A stretch of 63,653 nucleotides of DNA, counting the filler, from Folioceros fuciformis (taxonomy: Eukaryota): NCBI GenBank assembly GCA_049999805.1. It is 8 parts of 8 records of this genome, joined end to end, with 100 filler letters (N's around TTAATTAATTAA, not from the genome) between each part and the next. Parts side by side here need not be neighbours in the genome. Positions count along the whole stretch, not along the records: positions 59,379 to 63,653 come from JBNGIO010005859.1; 7 more parts are not named here. One strand, written 5' to 3'. The notes beneath the pieces were generated by a model, which did not search any database, was not told where the DNA came from, and was given only the letters and a program-made list of their open reading frames with translations. Positions 59,722 to 63,653 of this stretch are shown here, one piece after another (within the stretch, counting starts at the first letter, position 1; each line of letters starts with the position of its first letter). The position numbers and the translations under genes are program-made.

Positions 59722-62700
59722 TGTTAGAAATCAAGCTCTAACTGAATTGTTATTAAGAGCATACAACACTTAGGATAGTGTAGATTATCCCATATTGAAC
59801 TCGTAGTTATCTACCACCTAAGTGATACCAGGTTATACCAGGATATTGTGAACGGAAAAAACTTTCGGAATCCCCATTTTGAGCGACGGAATGAGCAGGT
59901 TGTGATTCTTTTTGTGAAGGGACAAGCGAATCGGCTTAGTAAGCGAGTAAGACCAGGGTGTTTATACCGAAAGTCCACCTTGGGCTTCGGGGTTTGGGGT
60001 GTACTGGAGATCGGGACAAGGAGGAAGGAGGAAGCAGCGAGTGCCTCCCTGACCCTCGAGTCCTTGAGAACATTAAGGTAGGCCAAAGTAAGGGCCGAGA
60101 CGACGGGGCGACGGTAGCCGGCAGGGCAACCGTCGCCGGAGGAACGACTGGTGGTAGCCCGATGGGCAGTAAGAAGAGAAAGCAGGCAGGGTATTAAAAC
60201 CCTAGAGAAAGGGGAGCTTTGTCCAGTATCCGGAAGCGTGGGGAGCGGGAGTAACTTGAAGCGTAAAGTGGCTGAGGAAGGCGAAATCGCCAGGACGACG
60301 GGACAGACGGCGCAGGGCGTAAGGGTCGAGCAGGCGCAGAGGAGTGGAAGACCTCCAAGGCGCAAGCGGTGGAGGGATCTGGTCGAACAGAGGAAGGGCC
60401 AGAGCGCGACCAGGACAGAAGAGTTCTGAGTCCGAGCGCGAGAGGAGGGGGACAGGTAGGATGAGGTCGGGGCCTGAACTGATCCCTGGAGCAGCAGCCT
60501 CTAGACAGGAGAGGGGACCTCCTGTCTCCCAAATCGACCTACTTATGTGGCCCAACATGGAGCATTGGAGAGTCAGGGCAGGAAAATTGGTGGCAGAGCT
60601 GGGTCTGACTTTTATGACCCAGAAGTGGAACCATGCAGCACCTCAGCTGGTTAGGGAGTGCGCCCTGAGGCTAATAGAGTCCGTACGCGAGGAGGGGATC
60701 AGAGGCAGACCCCATGAATGGAACTTGGAGTTGGTCAGGAGGGTCTACGGGCGCGACCAACAGGAGGAAGGGGGGCTGGTGCTAGAGTCCTTGAAGAGGC
60801 GTGGTGGACCATAGTGGCGGGACCCACCTGCACCGCCAGCCAGGCCCAGCAGCAGCAGCAGTGATGTGAAGATCCTTTGGGAGGACCTGCCGGATCAACG
60901 GAGGGGCAGAAGAGCGAGAGGAGGAGTAGCGAGGGGTGACGTGCGAAGGCCAGGAGGAAGCCGCCAGCGGCGTAGGACAGGGCGATAGTAAATGCAGGCT
61001 AGAATAGTTTTTTTTAGCGTGCTTTATTCGGACCCAAGTCGCTCAGAAATTTAAGAGCGCAGCCCCTTGCCTGACAGACTTTATGGCGGAAAAACCGCCA
61101 TCACCGTGTACAAGAGGCCGGTTTGAAGGCCTATGGAAGTAGCAAAACACCAACCGAGCAGTCGACCTTGCAGGAACCTAGCGATGGCTATTGCTGGACA
61201 GGAGGTCCAGGCAAGCGAGCGCACGTAGCAACTTGGGGTGCGGGTGTAGGTGGTGGGCGCTCCGTGATCAGGTCCGGGGACGAATCGGGAGGAGGAGCCT
61301 CGCCGAGTGGGAGAGAAGCTCCCCAGCTATCCTCGGAGTGGTCACGTGGGTGGTGTGGGTGTCGGAGCCAAATCCGCGAGTTCGGAGTGCAAGAGGTCCC
61401 TCTTCCCTTAGCTCCGGTACCTCACCATTCCTCAATGTTCATGGAAGCCCAGGAGGGGCATTGCTGAGAAAGAAGACGGAGGATTGGATAAGAAGAAGCA
61501 CGAGGGTGCGCGTGTGTGAGAAAGAGGAGAAGCGAGTAACCAGAGACGAGGAGAATGTATATCGAAAACTGGTGAGTGGAGAACGAAGCCGGAGAAACCC
61601 TAGAAGCGAGGTGAGTAATGTGTAACGAGACGTGGTGTGTATGAGTAACTAGTCGCGATGAGACTGGAGAGACTTTGAGGAAGTTGATTTGAGACTGCAG
61701 AGGGTGTACCTAGAGTGTGAAATCACACGGGTGGAAGGCGACCGGCAGATTGTTGCTGTTCATATGTGTGCGCGTTTGATCCTGAGGGTGAGAGGCTATT
61801 TTGTGGAGAACCAAGGAAGGAAAGCGCAAAAGGGAAAGCGCGAGAAAACAGTCGGGTAGGGACGACTCGGAGAGAGAGAAAATCCCAGAGAGAGAAAGAG
61901 AGAGGGAGTGGGACCCACGAGTGGTAGCCCGAAAGACGACAATAGTAGTCCATTGGGGAACGGAGGGTAGTCCGGTGGGCCACCAAGAGTAGTCTAGGGG
62001 GAGGTAGTCCCTGGTGCGACTGGGTGGTAGGAGAGTCGTCTAGTGGGAGAAGTAAGGGGGCTGGGTAAGGACCGAGCACTGGACGTGTGTGCGTGGGTCA
62101 GTCGAGTTTAGGTGCTAATTGACTTTAGAAGCTAACCTGTGTAGTTTAACACTAATCATTCCCTTGGGATCGAATCCCAGAGCTACAACGACATAGAGGG
62201 CTTGTGTGGACCTCGCGGTACCCCTGGGTACCATATTTTAACCCCACAGATATTGCACCCTCGTGACTAAGGCTTACCTTATCGAGGGTTGCCCCGCCTA
62301 AAGGCTATATATGTAGAATCCTGTGCACCATAAGGAATGTACTGTGGAGTCCATCTTAGCTTGTGGTGCTTTTCCAACATGGTATCAGAGCCAAAGAGAG
62401 CGTTGGCGGCCATGGTGGCTATGGCGGGGGTTTGAGGCTATGGCCGTGAGCGTGAAGGTGGCAAGCAATGCAAGCCTTTGAGAGGCGCAGGAGGTGCAGC
62501 AGCGTAGGCGGCATAGGAAGCCGCAACAGGCGCCACAGGCACAAGAGCGCGTGAGAGGCGCGAGAGGGAGAGAGACTCAAGAGGAGCAGTAACTACTGGA
62601 CGCAACCAGGCCGTGGGAGCCACAGCAGGCCCAGGATTTGCGAGGAGGAAGGCCTGAACTTGGCAAACAGTGTTCTGATTTTATTTTTTATTTTTGAAAG

Positions 62701-63653
62701 CTTGAGCAAAGGCTGTTTTTGCTTAATGAAGAGTCAGCTGCACATTCCTCACCACAGGGAGGAAATAATTGTGGTGGGTGGATTCTAAAAGATGAAGGGT
62801 AGTACTTTTATTACATAATCTCTTGTGATTCTTCTTTCACTCGTACTCTCGGCGTTGTGTCATAACGTATCATCGGCTTACGCTTTGGTTTAAAATCCAC
62901 AATAGATGTCATGCGCTTCTACCTCTGGGTCGGGGCTTCTTCGGTCTCCAAGGCTAGGATCAAGACCCTCGTCACCACCCACACCACCTCTAGGTGGGCA
63001 AACCATCAACCCACCACCTTTTGTTGGCTCAGCAGGCAACCCACCGCCTCCACCCCCAGTTGGTATCCCCCCACTTCAACCTTACTTCAACATCGTTAAT
63101 ATCAATACAGACATGTCTTCAAGGAAAAGGATAGATTTAACGGTACGAAGTTTGAGGTGTGGTCAAAGCGCATGAAGACTATGCTCAACAGTCGAGATCT
63201 TCTCCCCATTGTGGAGGGAACCATTCCCAAGCCCTCCGCTAATCCGGCTGTCATTGATGCTTGGGTTCGTCAAGATTGATAGGCTATGCAAATGTTGATC
63301 TCTGGCCTCGACAAGGTTACCTTACATCACACTGATGGTGCGTCCACATCTGTTGAAGCTTGGAAGCAAATCACTGACATCTATCAGTCCATGAACGTGA
63401 TGACGCTGGTCACGGTATGCCTAGAATTCTATTCTTTGCGCATGGGCCCCAATGACAACGTTGCTCAGCACGTTAGCAAGTTTTGATATTTGCAAGCCTA
63501 GCTTGCTGCTCTTGGGACAACCATCACCGAATTTGAAGCTGCTATTCAGTTATTGGCTAGCCTCCTGGCTAGCTACCATACATTTGTCTCCTCTCAAAAC
63601 CAAACAGTGAGAAATGCACATCAGGTTGTGCAGTTGGGTATGGTTCCCAACAT
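59722..63653 (+). mobile_element. 5' part of Copia element E (split 5' LTR, PBS, degenerate gag)
   Basis: LTR 59722-59822 + 62272-62379, PBS TGGTATCAGAGCC 62380-62392, gag from ~62906 with FKEKDRFNGTKFEVW. Confidence 0.88.
59823..62266. mobile_element. 2.44-kb solo-LTR-like insertion inside the LTR of element E
   Basis: 5-bp TSD CTAAG at 59818-59822 and 62267-62271. Starts TG, ends GA (degenerate CA). Purine-rich, no pol. Confidence 0.75.

Overview
TE-rich nuclear DNA from a land plant, probably seed-free (the PLS-class PPR has a WW-type PG box). The window is eight pieces joined by artificial 44N-TTAATTAATTAA-44N linkers, so adjacency across linkers is unproven. Most of it is decayed Ty1/Copia retroelements with tRNA-iMet PBSs. 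It includes a three-layer nest with two TSD-verified insertions (MULE-SWIM transposase < Copia B, TSD TCATA < Copia A, TSD TGTTG), a Ty3/Gypsy pol fragment and a 2.4-kb TSD-flanked insert inside a Copia LTR. A gene island at 30-41 kb has an intronless PLS-E+ PPR editing factor, a 3-exon 2OG-Fe(II) dioxygenase lacking the RxS arginine, a TTF-type zinc-finger protein and a partial low-complexity protein. The most notable signal is a short-LTR (~145-220 bp) Copia lineage with two kinds of accessory coding region: a coiled-coil ORF0 between PBS and gag that aligns across three divergent copies, and an antisense unit between RNase H and the PPT that begins with a small transmembrane peptide in two copies and shows antisense intron signals in two others.
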